A stretch of DNA of 64,000 nucleotides from Anolis carolinensis (lineage: Eukaryota): positions 281,093,749 through 281,157,748 of the forward strand of contig NC_085842.1 in the NCBI RefSeq assembly GCF_035594765.1, in the 5' to 3' direction. The position numbers and the translations under genes were made by a program. This document shows, piece after piece, positions 38,512-51,617 of this stretch (its first letter is position 1; each line of letters starts with the position of its first letter). The notes below the pieces were generated by a model. That model worked only from the letters and a program-made list of their open reading frames with translations. It was not told the DNA's origin and ran no database searches.

Positions 38512-40570
38512 ACTATACTACAAACCCTTCAGTATAATCCTTCAGTAGTGCTTTGTGTAATATGATGTTATATTGCTCATATAGACTAATCCTTGAGAAT
38601 GCAGAATAATTTCTTATGCCACTCATACCTATGGAGCTGAGAGTTCTTTTGATTTTCTGTACAGTGACTTTAACAAAAAGATTACCATTATTTTGTGAAT
38701 TTTGTTGAAACCAGCTGTGTAAGATGAGCTTTCATTTCCTCTTCGTCTATTCATACCCCTCTTTGATGTACTTGTTCCTTGTTGTTTCATAAGAAACTGC
38801 TGTCTTTGGACAATTTGCAATTTCAGTATAGAAAATCAAACCTCACTGAGTGGGACACTTCTGGGGGAAAGCTTCTTTGGTAGTAAATAACATTTCATAT
38901 TATGTGTACGTGTGTATGAGCTAGGTTTTGAGCATATATTGTATGAATCTGAAAGCTGTTTCTATTGCAGTTTGGATGGAATAATCTCATGTTTTGATGT
39001 TTTCAAAAGGATATGTGAATTGGCCTTGGTTGGGGATAGGCAGAAGTAAGGTAAAGTGCAGTGCAGAGTAATTATGTTTTGGTGTAGGAGAAAATGGGAT
39101 GAACAAACCAAGCCGTGCAAACTCATTTGTTAACTTCAATCTGTAATTCTGCAAATGCCATCAGGACCATAATTTTATAAAAAGTAGTAATTATTTCCAT
39201 TAAATCTTTCAAAATGAGAAGATGTGAATGATTGTTTCCTGAGTGGCAGAGAACACTCTATAAGAAAGCATTTCTTTACTTCAAGTTTGCTTTCATGGTT
39301 CTATGTATTTCTCTGTTTTTGCAAATACACACAGGATGACTTGGTGTTCCCCAAGCAAAAATAATGTTTTGAACAGAAAATGACCTCTGCAATATGGATT
39401 TGGATCTGTTTTATATAAAAAGATGCAACTGTCATTGTCAAATTGGAACTGTTCTGGCAATAGTTGAACATGAACTCACACAATGATGAGAGATGTAGTT
39501 TTTCACATCTGAAGAGGTGATAGGAAAGTCTGAGCTAAGGAAATATTAAATGCCCCCGCCCACAAAAAAAATTACTGTCCTGACCTGGCCATGATTGGAT
39601 CATGTCAGAAAGTGTCTGTTTTTCCTTAACAGGGTCTGGCCATATGTCACCCAGTTTAAGTGCTATGTGCAGCTTTTTAATTGAAGCTGACAGGTATTTA
39701 AATGGACAATCTATACAATGGGCTTGTCAGAACTAATCATTCCTCTTGTATTCTTCTGTTGTACTCTGCTGGTCTCTGTATTCTGGTATATAAAGAGTGG
39801 GCCACATTCCTTTTTCCCAAATAGATGAAATCTAAAGACAGTGCAGTATCTGATTTTGTCAGTGGCTTAGAACTGTACTCTGTTTCACTTGAAACATAAC
39901 CTCCCCCCAATATATGGAATGGCATTACAGGAGTTTGATCTGCATCTTTTCTTAGAAACTTCTTTCTCTATTTCCAAAGCTTAGAAATGTTACTGTCTGT
40001 GCTAAATGACCCAAAATCTCCACCACTGACCATGGCAGCTGAAAATTTGGAAATGTGTTGTCAAAAAGTGATATTTTCAAGCAGAGTTTATTTCCAAGTG
40101 ATTCCCTGCAATTTTAAAAGGTGAATACCTTGTCATTGTATGAGTAACCCCCATTGTGGGCATTATTTCTCCTGATTATAATTATAATGAATTGTGTAAT
40201 CATAATTTGAGAAATATAATATATTCAATGGCAATAAGAAAATCAGAGTATAGATACAATTCAAGTGAGATACGGAGTTTCTCATTTCCAGTGGAATAGA
40301 GAGTGATCCCAGTCAGCCAATGACCACTGTATCCCACTTTTATGACCCAAAAGCTCATACCCTCCCCCTAAAGTTCCCCTCCCATTTTTAAGGACAGTTT
40401 TTACTCTAAACCATGTAGCCCCACAAATATGTAAAATATACAAAAACATTCACCCATTGACACACAATGCCTCTATTTTCATCTGTATTATTTCCAAGAT
40501 GATACTAGTAGTTTGGCACATGTCTGAGGAGTGTGGCTCATGGGAGCAGTCAGGAGGAAATTGATTCCCA

Positions 40571-40644
40571 GGGCCCTTCTGAATATAATCCAGATTATCA
40601 AATCAGATAATCTGAATTTTATATTCCAGTGTAGAAGGGGCCCC
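40571..40644. mobile_element. Short Harbinger-like MITE
   Basis: GGGCCCTTCT..ATAATCCAGATTATC..GATAATCTG..CAGTGTAGAAGGGGCCC; related to 55734-56054. Confidence 0.65.
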
Positions 40645-42542
40645 AGTCTCCAAAGAGTTCATCATCCTTGCAGCACAAAATGGAAATAATGGATTGCTTT
40701 ATAGCCTGGTTGTCCCTCGGTTGCTTTCTTTCACTTTTATTTTATGAGCTCTATCATAAAAACTATGTGGTAGGCATTTGTTTACCAGTCACTGTAATAT
40801 CTATACATACTCTCATCAATAAATTAGTTTCTTTGACCTTCATTGGAACTACACTCCCAATATATGCCTGAACAAAAATAGCCATAGATGCAGACATTCT
40901 TGTACTTTTATCCTCTTTTGGGATCCAGAAATCTTCCAAAATATTTCATAATACTACAACAGCTTTGTATGTTCGTTATTAACAAAATCCCTCCTGGAGA
41001 TATCATTCAGATTCCTTGTTTTCTTGACACTGAATTCAATGAGATTTTTTCCTGAATAGACTTGCTTCACGATGTATTGTTCAATCAGCTGATCTCAGTG
41101 GAAAATTTAGGCATGCATGTATATAGAAATGAGATTACTCTGTGGCCTAAGGGACAATTGTCAAAGAAACTGTAAGTGAGGTGTGCAGAGCAGATCATGT
41201 AGTTCATTCAATTTTTTTTTCATTTCCTTGGCATTAAATTTTCGGCAATTTAAAAAAGATGCTTTATTCTGAGGAATAAATAGCAATGCTATAGATTTAT
41301 CTCCTCGATGAATGTGTGAAAATAGCCTGCACAACAGGGTGCTAGCTTGAGTAGTTCTTTACTGGCTGTTGTTATGGCACTCAATGTAAAATTGAACAAC
41401 ATTGTTAAATGAATTTTATTACATCTCTGAAAGAAATCTCAAGAGGCAGAGCTAACTTTCTTGGCAGCATACTTAGTATTGAAATGCGCTTAGTTCTGAC
41501 ATTTGTCAATTCAGTCCAGCTCTGAAATTGCTTCATATAAGGCTCTATGCCATTATCTTTCATTTGGACATATCATGGTATTGTGAAATATAAATGAAAC
41601 TGAAGGTTCAGAAGTTTACATTTTTAGAATTCTGAACTTCTAAACTTTACACTTCAGGTCTTAATAAAAATGTTTACTAGGCTTTGCAATGTAACCTTGC
41701 AAATATAACCTTTACAAAAGTTAAGCTAATAAAAGAGAGGTACTCTTGCATTGTTACATTATTCTATACTGGTACTATAGAAAAACTTTACCTGAGGGAT
41801 GAGTTGGCCATCATTTAGGCCCTATCTACACTGCCATATAAGGCAGCTTCATAATGCATTTGAGCTGCATCATGGCAGTGTAGACTTGGATAATACAGTT
41901 CAATGCAGTTAAACATTACCCAAAGATCTGGAAAATAGCATGTTCTTCAACTCTGCTATATGTACTATTTAGACGCAACTGGTGTTCAGTGGGTTATACT
42001 CCCATTTAAGCATACATATTGCAGTCTGAATCTCATGAAATTCTCATTGATACACCTTTTATTTTTCCACTGTGCAAAGAATGTTACAGAGCCTAGTAAA
42101 AGTGTTCATTGTAAGTAGAGCGGGAACATGTGTGTTTACAAGAACATGCCCTTATCCAATTATGTAAATGATGAACAACAAGGGACAAACAGGGTAATAC
42201 AATATTCCAAGGAATAAATATCTTGTATGGACATCTGATATAAATAGACACATCCCAAGTATTTTAGAAGAGGAAACACATCTCTTCTGTGATTGACATT
42301 ATTTAATATATGTGTTAATTTTTTAAAAACCAACATAAAATTGAACTTTGTTCCTTTCATAATGGTATGTGGAATTTTCATGTGGATTCTTATCCAAAAC
42401 CACAACTGTATTTTTTCCCCCTGCTGGTTAATTTTTTACAATAAAATCCGATAGCAAGTTGGATTGGATTCTGATCCTATGGTTCAACAGAAAGACTTCA
42501 AGAGTTTTTGGTTCTACTGTTTTGGAGTTTAAAACCTTTGGA

Positions 42543-42749
42543 CAGGGAGGTCACTACAATGGGAAGGGTAAAAGGAGGGAATAGTATAATGGGGAATAGT
42601 TGTAAGCACTGTTCAGAAGTGTAAGTGTTTATGTATACAAGTATGTGTAGATTTTGGGAGACGGGAGGGGAAGCAATCATACTGGTGTACTGTATTTGAT
42701 CTTGATTAAAAATGTTATTTCTGCATCATGACTGTAAAAATTAAAAAAG
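42543..42749 (+). mobile_element. 5'-truncated L1-like retrotransposed 3' end
   Basis: Perfect 12-bp TSD AAAACCTTTGGA (42531-42542 / 42750-42761) at a TT/AAAA site; G-rich 3' UTR-like body and A-rich tail. Confidence 0.75.
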
Positions 42750-43982
42750 AAAACCTTTGGATTTATTCAAAAAGTGGGAAAAACAGAAAAAGGAGACAAT
42801 AAGTTTCACAAATAGAATGATGGCAAATACAATATTTGAAAATTGCAGAGGTCATTCCACTAGTGTTACATAACAAAACAAAAAAATATGCAATAAAACT
42901 AGTTATATATTTCTTAAGCTTTGATGATTAATGTAGCTGAAAGGTTGCATCTAGACACAGGTATGTTCTCACAGAAAGGCTGTGACATCTCATGGCAGAG
43001 AGCTAGTATTAATCCAAAGATGTTTTCTTTTGTTAACTCTTTCACTAGTCATGCTTGGTGTTCTGTCTTATTTTCGGTGAAACACGATAAGCAGATATCC
43101 CTTATTTTAGGAAAAGGTCAATACTTACTTGACTCTGTCCCTGAAATCAATGAGAATTTAAAATTCTTAACTTCACATTTTTACATATCAAATGTTCAGT
43201 AAGTGTGGACTTTCAATCCATGTTATGACCTATTGGTCGTAGAAAATACCTGGATTAATTCATGGCATATAGGTTAAAAAGCTGTTAGTTTGAACAAAAC
43301 AACAGAACTGTTACTGAACAATCTTAATAGATCTAGATATTACTATCAATTTTTGGAAGCTAGTTCTGAGCTAGGTGCTATTTTGGAACTACTCAGTGTT
43401 CAACTAGATGAGACTTTTCTTCTGCCCTGAAGATGGGGAGAAATTGGTGGTGAAAGGTACAGATCTTTCTATGCTTACTTACTACTTCCATCATTTTTCA
43501 TACTGAAAAAATGTTTAAGATGATAAAATGATAACTGCACAGTTGCCCATGGAAGTACCTCAATCACAAGCAACTTCAGTACTTGTGGCTGCTGATCTGA
43601 CACTCAGAAATGTTTAGGGCTTGCTTTGAAGTTCTGCTGCTCTTTTATATAAAGGGAAATGTGCTTTAGGTCAACACCATCTGAAAAATCTTATCTCTAT
43701 ATATGAACGTACAAGAATCTTAAGATCCTTGCTGAAAGATTTTTTCTTGATTTCACCACCATAACAGGCCCATGTTGTGAGAACATGGGTAAGAGACTCC
43801 TAGTCTGTGGAATTATCTTTCACGGAAGGTTAACCTGATACCCACCTCACCTCATCCCATTCTTCTTTCAATATTAAAGACATGTTCATTCAAATAGACA
43901 TTTAATGATTAATTGATAGCAGGATTTTATGTGTGTCTGCTTTATTATACATTTTAGTTTTTTAATGTAATATAAATAAAGC

Positions 43983-44200
43983 AGGGTCTTGGTCTGCTGG
44001 CATTTGATTCCAGGACTCTGTGGTTACCAAAATCTGTGAATATTCACATCCCGTTATTTATGATGGCATACTAAAATGTTGTCCCTTGTGATAAATTGCA
44101 AAATCAATGTTTTATTTTTTGGAATTATTTTTAATATTTTCAAGCTGTAGATACTTGAATTCATGGTTACAGAATATGTGGATATGGAGGGAGAACTGTA
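43983..44200. mobile_element. Tigger/MER2-like MITE
   Basis: TTCCAGGACTCTGTGGTTACCAAAATCTGTG..GTGGATATGGAGGGAGAACTGTA; second copy at ~62728. Confidence 0.7.
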
Positions 44201-46976
44201 GTACCTTGATGTGTCCTAGAACTACAGGGCCAAAACTTCACAAGTGTAACTTCAAAAAGAAATGTTGTAATTTTGGGGAATGGTGGTGGGTGGTTTCTCT
44301 TTAAATCATACTTGCCAATATCAGTTGAAATAGCAAATAGTAAAATGCTGATGGTTTCTGTCTTAAAGTACAGAATATTTTATTTATCTTGGGTATTTAA
44401 TCATATATTATTAGTTCTGGAGCCTCCCCTCTCTCCAGCACATCTTAATTGGCTGTTTTCTGTGACAAATTATGGGCTCTTACTTTGATGAGGTTCAGTT
44501 GCAATCATTTCAGAGTTAAGTATGCAGAGTTTCCAGTATCTGCATGTATCTTAAACCACTACAAACATCTTCATGTCACTGCAGTGCTGAATAATGCTAG
44601 GATTTGTGTAGGCCTGATTTCTCTGGAGATTCATCCCTTCCTTGCCACACACACAAACACATACCAGATATTTTCTACTTTGTGCACTAAATGTGTTACA
44701 GTGTTTGCCCTTCAAAATAAGCAGAAGCATACTCTAAAATTATCATCTTTGCTATTACTAGAACAAGGAGAGATGTCTACATTAGCAATACATTTGTGAC
44801 CACACTGCATAATATGTTAGCCACCAAGCTGAATGTGGTCTGTTCATTCCTCCGGAGATTCCATAAACCATGTTTGCTGCATGCTTTGGAAGAGAAAAGC
44901 AGAAAGGGATCACATAATGCCACAATATATGATCAGCAACCTTTTATGGACCTTTGTGGGATCATGAATGGTATAAACAAGGCTGAAGTCCTATGTGTAC
45001 CTTGAAATACAACGAAGGATAGACTTTTCCACAAACATGCTCAATATTGTACTATTACACTCCCTTATTCTGCTAAAAGTAGGACAAGCATTTTCTAAAT
45101 TAGGAATTGACTGTCCCCATTGTAGAGTTCTCATTTAAGTCCTGTCCAGGTGTTTCTCTCCTTGTTTCCTTGCCCATGGGAATGGAATCTACCTCACCCT
45201 TATTCCTTCATCACTTTCCTCATGTGAAAAGCAAAATGTCTGGAGAGAAGAGGTTCAATGGATGTTATCCATGTGAGCATAATTCCTGACTTTCTAGTCC
45301 TCTTGATCATGTAGAAAGCTTGACTTTTCTTTATGAGGATAGTTAGTCTCTTCCTTGCTCCCATGTTAATTAAAATGTGCTGAGTGACTATTGGACAGGG
45401 CTTTAGTCTCCATGCTTGACATCATTGCTTCAACAATAGTTGTGTTTATATCCTACCTCTATCTGAGGCAAATTTGATCTGGATGTGCTTGAGGGCCTTG
45501 TATGTATGTTGAAGTCCTCTTCCTGGTATATTCACAATCTCCCTGTTCTACTGCCTTTTTGTCCTTTTCCTACATCTTTTTATTTTTTGAAGGTGGTTAA
45601 CTTGGCAAGAAGATTATTCTTTTAGATGGCTTTATCAATTGTCTGTCTTATTTCTTTTCAAAAGGATGGTGGTCATGGGATACTGCTCAGCTTATTTGGG
45701 ATGTTCTGATATTTTGGTTTGTTTTTTAATGATCTGTGAGCAACTTTGGGTGCTATATCAAAAAGGTGGACAGTTAAATATTCTTGTTTGACATCTGGTA
45801 TATCCACTTAAGCAAATTCAGTGAGAAAGCCAAGTGTAAAAAGATGGTTCCTGCATCTTAAATAGCAATATAGAGGAGGGAATAGAGAAAATTTCACAAG
45901 ACACAGCAATTCTCTACAGAACTACTTAAGGCGGAAACATTTTATTTTCTAAGATTTAGGATGACAAGATTTCAAAAAAGAGAATTCAGATTCTTGCACA
46001 TCATCACCCAAAATCTCACAAACTGTTAGTTTAGTTTTGCTTAAAATCTTGAGTTCAGCCAAAGATTGTTTAACAATAGCATTTGGGTGGATTAGTGATA
46101 TACTTGAGAATATTTCCAGTTAAATTAAACTATTTTTTTTTTTAAAAAGATTTATTTCCAAGCTTTTTACAAAATTGCAAAAGGATATTTTTCATTCTGA
46201 AAATGCATGCTTTACAAAATACACTTGAGGGACGTGCAGTTTCACACTGGAAAAAAAAGATTTTTTTTCTTTGCAATCTTATACTTTCTCTATAGATGAA
46301 AGACTGTTTTGCACTATCTGGTTCTTTGTTATCTCTTTAAGTTCTGAAAGCTATTGTGCCTGAGTGTATTATTCATGCAACAGAGCATCAAGCAGAAGAC
46401 ACATTTTTCCCATGCAGCAGTATTAATCATTGTAAAGAAATATAATGAATATGCTTTTGGCCGCCATTTTTAATCTAGCATTTTGATGAGAATGTGTAAA
46501 TAATTCGTCTGTCTCTAATGAGCCATTGATTAAAATATGCCAATGTGCTTTATGTGTTATTGTTGTAACCTACATAGAGCAATACATTTTATAGGATTCA
46601 TATTTTGCTTTTGAGTAGTACTGGACTTTCTAAAGAACAAAATATTGGAACTTAAGATCTTTTAGAAGTGTGAAATCTACAAGAGTAGTAAACATTGTTT
46701 GCTGTATTCAAAGGTTAGTTTAAACTAACTAAATTTGATGAGACTTACCCCATTGTTCTTGCTTTAAATATCCATTTAACTTCCAAGATCCATTTGTACA
46801 TTTTCAACTCGCAGTCTCCATGAGCATCTATTTTTTGGTTTATTTCATTTTACTTTTGGATAGTGTCTTCTATGTACACAAACATATGCTGTGGACTTTA
46901 AATGTTCATGCTTCTATGCCTCATTTCAAGAATATTTCCTATTTTGTATATATATATATTTTCTTTACTAGGCTTA

Positions 46977-47292
46977 GGAGCCTCTGGTGGCTTAGTGTGT
47001 TAAAGCACTGAGCTGCTGAACTTGCAGACCGAAAGTTCCCAGCGGAGTGAGCTCCCGCTGTTAACTCCAGCTTCTGCCAACCTAGCAGTTCAAAAACATG
47101 CAAATGTGAATAGATCAATAGATACCACTTTGGCGGGAAGGTAAAGGCGTTCCATGCAGTCATGCCGGCCACATGACCTTGGAGGTGTCTATGGACAGCG
47201 CTGGCTCTTTGGCTTAGAAATGGAGATGAGCACCAACCCCCAGAGTCGGACACGACTGGACTTAACGTCAGGGGATACACCTTTACTTTTAC
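46977..47292 (+). mobile_element. Sauria SINE (tRNA head, BovB-like tail)
   Basis: CCTAGCAGTTCAAAAACATGC..CAGAGTCGGACACGACTGGAC..(ACCTTT)n tail; 14-bp TSD CTTTACTAGGCTTA; closely similar to 55278-55599. Confidence 0.93.
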
Positions 47293-48077
47293 CTTTACTA
47301 GGCTTAAGTGCTATAGAACCTATCACTATATATTTGATGGGACTTCAGTTATATTTTTCTGAATTGCAACTTGAAATCAAAGAAGAAGGGGAAGGAAGAG
47401 ATCAGAAGGAGAGTTAGATGAGATCATAAGACGATCCAAAGTGGATCTAGGAAGAGTGGATTCCACCTTTCTCCCCAACCCTCTACATTCAGGATATGCC
47501 TGAGGAGTGAGCATGAGGATAATTCCAAAATCATGTCAAAAGCAAACACAAAATAACTTTAAGGCTCACACAGCAAAAGTATATATAATTTGAATATGAC
47601 CTGAATCTGTAATCCTATAGACACTTCCCTAGAGCTTAGAACAAGACCCACTGAACTTAATGGAACTTACTTGTGAATAGATATAGATATTATGCTTCAA
47701 GTAGAAATGAGGTTTTCTTTTCATTTTTGTCTGAGGACGACTGATGTGCATCTTGAAAATCTGCATGCCCCCATATAAAGACTGGGAAGCACACAGCATG
47801 TGGGATGTGTCTCCTACACAAAAAGTAAAAGTAGACATTATCTTGATTCATAGCATGTAGCTGTGTATCAAGTTTTCCATTGCCTAATTATAGATATTTT
47901 TGAAGGTAGGTATGATACAATGCACTGGGAGTGGAAATTTGTCTTATCCCCTCCTAGGTATTTCTAGCAGTTTTGGTGGTCTCATGGAGAAGAACTTTCT
48001 CCATACTGGGTAGGCCCTCATGGGGAAAAATCCCCACATAATGGGGCTAGTTGAGTTGCAAACATGATAGTATAGAC

Positions 48078-49141
48078 CAGTGGTTCCCAACCTTGTTTTG
48101 GCCATACCCCCACCTAAGCATCTCTAAAATCCTCCCTTTATTCAAAAAGTGAACTTTTCATGCGAAGAAAGCCTAAAAAGATGTTAACTTGGTCTACACA
48201 AGCTTAAAAAAAACATGGTATCCATGAAAGGGAAAAATAAAAGAACAAATTCAGGGTAACTTAAATGCCCAACTTCATTGCCTGTATTTGATGATAATAT
48301 GCAAGAATATCCTGTCACCTGATGTTAATTTTCTTGTTGTTGATAATCTTTTAAAAAAATCATACAAAAATATTGATTTACCTATGAAAGTAATAATTAT
48401 GATTTAGATTTTTTCACTGATTTCTTGCTACATTCATAGCAAAAAGATATTTTTTATATATTTAATATACAGTAGAGTCTCACTTATCCAACATAAATGG
48501 GCCGGCAGAACGTTGGATAAGCGAATATGTTGGATAATAAGGAGAGATTAAGAAAAAGCCTATTAAACATCAAAATAGGTTATGATTTTACACATTAAGC
48601 ACCAAAACATCATGTTATATGACAAATTTGACAAAAAAGTAGTTCATTACACATTAATGCTATGTAGTAATTACTGTATTTACGAATTTAGCACCAAAAT
48701 ATCACAATGCATTGAAAACATTTACCACAAAAATGTGTTGGATAATCCAGAAAGTTGGATAAGTGAGCGTTGGATAAGTGAGACTCTACTGTAGCTTGTA
48801 ATGTTAAAAGAACGTTGAGAGAAGTGGGAGTGTTTGGAATGAAAGTGGCCTTGGTTTTCTGTGCTCATGTGCTCATGCACTCTCTAGTTAACTCTATGCT
48901 TGCACCACTTCTCTCTATGAGTGGGCTTTCTCCTTCTCCATTGTCACCAGCTGACCACTGTGTACATTCTGATTTTAATGTTTAAAATGTATATGTCACA
49001 ATATATATTTATAAACCGTATATGAGGCCCCTAAACCATAAGACATGCAAAAAAATCACTGTTAATAACTCATTCTTGAATTGCCCCTTCAAAATAAAAT
49101 TGCCCCCCTCTGGGGCATGTGCCTCATGTTGGGAACCAGGA
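48078..49141. mobile_element. Non-autonomous hAT element containing a nested mariner/Tigger MITE
   Basis: TIR CAGTGGTTCCCAAC / GTTGGGAACCA(GGA); perfect 8-bp TSD GTATAGAC at 48070-48077 and 49142-49149. Confidence 0.85.
48470..48791. mobile_element. Young Tc1/mariner-Tigger MITE
   Basis: Perfect TIR CAGTAGAGTCTCACTTATCCAAC / GTTGGATAAGTGAGACTCTACTG, TA TSD, repeated subterminal GTTGGATAA motifs. Confidence 0.95.
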
Positions 49142-49239
49142 GTATAGACAGAAGAAAAGAAAAGGGAAACCTTAATTATCATATATACCATCATGTCATT
49201 CTGAATATGCCTAATGTTATTTGATTCACCAAAAAGGCA

Positions 49240-49810
49240 AAGAAATTGGTACTAGACTAAATCAAACCTCAATTCTACTTAGAAGCTATGCTGATTAAAC
49301 TGAGACTGAGGAGCCCCTGGTGGTGTAATGGGTTAAAGCCTTGTAACCTGAAGGTTGGGTTGCTGACCTGAAGGCTGCCAGGTTCGAATCCCACCCGGGG
49401 AGAGCGCGGATGAGCTTCCTCTATCAGCTCCAGCTCCATGCGGGGATATGAGAGAAGCCTCCCACAAGGATGGTAAAAACATCAAAACATCCAGGCGTCC
49501 CCTGGGCAACGTCCTTGCAGATGGCCAATTCTCTCACTCCAGAAGCAACTCAGGTTGCTCCTGACACGAAAAAAAAAAACGGCGACTGTCATATTTTGGA
49601 CATATCATGAGCAGAAATGAATCACTTGAAAAAACAAGAATGCTTGGCAAGGTAAAGAGCCATTGGAGAAGGGAAATATTACATTCAGGTGGATAGACTC
49701 ATTCAAGGAACCATGACCCTGAGTCTGCAAGAGCTGCATAGGGCTGATGAGGTCTCTCATTCATAGGATCCCAATAAGGCAGAATAGAATTGATTGCAAT
49801 TAACAACAAC
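49240..49810 (+). mobile_element. RTE/BovB-like LINE 3' fragment, interrupted by a SINE
   Basis: Encodes a decayed KLRLSYFGHIMSRNESLEKTRMLGKVK..RWIDSFKE; (CAA)n tail. Confidence 0.8.
49310..49579 (+). mobile_element. tRNA-derived SINE with CTCCTGACACG-polyA tail (ACASINE2/Vingi-partner type)
   Basis: A box TGGTGTAATGG, B box GGTTCGAATCC, polyA tail; imperfect TSD AAACTGAGACTG/AAACGGCGACTG; second copy at 57908-58198. Confidence 0.85.
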
Positions 49811-50096
49811 ATCTGATTTTGAAGTTAAACATAATTGAATCTGGGTTGCATTGGATGAGAGACCAAGGTATGCCATGAATCTCTAGGATGGTAGAAAATA
49901 ATCTTGCCTGAAATCCTTGAGAATTATTTCCACTCAAGGGCGATAATATCAAACCAGTCATTGGCTTCAGTAGTAAAATATTTCTTCCTACATTTGTAAA
50001 TTAATCCAATAAAAGCAATAGTTAATCTTCATGACTTTTCTGATGGATGTCTAATCTGATATTTGTATGGATTTATTGTTATATATCAAAATGGCT

Positions 50097-50555
50097 GTTT
50101 ATTTATTTACAGTATTTATATTCTGCCCTTCTCACCCCGAAGGAGACTCAGAGCAGATCACATTATATACATATAGGGCAAACATTCAATGCCCATCTAC
50201 ACATAGAACTGAGAAAGATACAGATGCAGAGGCAATTTTTAACCTTCTCCTGAGGGGATGTTGGATTCTGGCCACAGGGGGGAGCAGCTGCTTCATCATC
50301 CACTGTGACGACACTTCCTCATTCCAACGTCGTAGATTAGTTAAATTTGCCTCCCCACTTTATAAGTGATACCTTATTTCCTACTTGATAGATGCAACTA
50401 TCTTTCGAGTTGCTAGGTCAGCAACAAGCAGGGGTTATTTTTTTTAATTGACGGGTGCTCATCCCGCCACAGGCTGGCCTCGAACTCATGACCTCATGGT
50501 CAGAGTGATTTACTGCAGCAGGCTGCTTCACCAGCCTGCACCACAGCCCAGCCCC
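50097..50555 (-). mobile_element. tRNA-derived SINE with L2-type 3' tail (Anolis SINE 2-like)
   Basis: Minus strand has A box TGGTGCAGGCTGG and B box GAGTTCGAGGCC; 3' end CTGAGTCTCCTTCGGGGTGAGAAGGGCAGAATATAAAT..(TAAA)n matches the L2 tails in this window. Confidence 0.8.
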
Positions 50556-51419
50556 GGCAATAGCATCTTTTTTAATGTAAAAAAGAACATCCTTCATACT
50601 GCCATACCTTTATCAGCGATGCCTCATAGCTGTGCCTTTGCCTAAAGAACACTAGCTGCAGATAAATCTATCATCTTTGTACTTCAAAGCAGAAGATGGA
50701 AGCTAGATTCCCACGCAGGTGTTAGAGTTTAGGTTAAGAAGAACCAGATGTTTATAGAAACTACTTTGATTCTCATGAGGAATGGTTTTCATTCATTCAT
50801 TTCCCTGAAGACTTCGCAGTCTGTGAGTTCCAAATCCTGAGGCTACTTTAATTAAAAACAAGACATGGTAACATCACTCTGAAGCTCCATAATAAATATA
50901 TGTGGACAGAGGACAAAAAGGGAAAATAGAAATTAACAGTACATGTTTTGGGTTCCCCATTCCTTCCAGCATAATTAAGTCTTCTTTCAGGATTGCTCAA
51001 AAAAGGCCAGGGACTTGGAGATCATGCATATCTATAGCAGATGTTTGATCTGGATTGCCCCTATGCCCAAGCAAGCATTTGATCTCCAGGAATTATGGGC
51101 AAGTGTTTTTCAGGGCATGAAGACCTGATAGTTCTTGTAGATCAAACACATGCTGCAAGATTGGAGATAGTATAGCAGCTGGCAAGCCTAATGGCTACAA
51201 AGTTTATATATGGTTCTTTCATTTGTACTATGCTCCAATTGCACCATGATTCCATTATTGAATTAATAATTACCTTTTAGTGGGGGGGGGGGGGAGGGGA
51301 TCATCTTAGAAGCTCATGAGGTTCACACCATTTTATATTTTCTTCATTGAAAACAAACTATAACTCTGCCAAATATTAGGAGTCTTTCTATCAAAGTACT
51401 GTATTTAGGTTCAAGTATG

Positions 51420-51617
51420 AGAGCCAACATGGTGCAATAGTTTCTGGGCTGAGCTACGACTCTGGAGAGCAGAGTTTGAATTCTTACTTATCAACTGAGA
51501 CTCAGTGGGTGACTTTGAATCAGTTACACACTCTCAACCTCAAGACCATGATGACACCCCTCTGAACAAATCTTGCCAAGAAAACCTTGTGAGGTTCACC
51601 TTAGTGTCACCATAACC
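51420..51617 (+). mobile_element. Old tRNA-derived SINE, same family as 30115-30389
   Basis: GAGCCAACATGGTGCAATAG head, GGGTGACTTTG core, CCTCTGAACAAATCTTGCCAAG shared with 30299. Confidence 0.7.

Noticed and set aside
46939-47417. Near-identical ORF pairs at 47 kb and 55.4 kb suggesting a duplicated gene
   Set aside because: Both lie inside Sauria SINE copies
48490-48791. Repeated GTTGGATAA motifs resembling a CRISPR or iteron array
   Set aside because: They are subterminal repeats of a mariner/Tigger MITE in eukaryotic DNA, with no regular spacers
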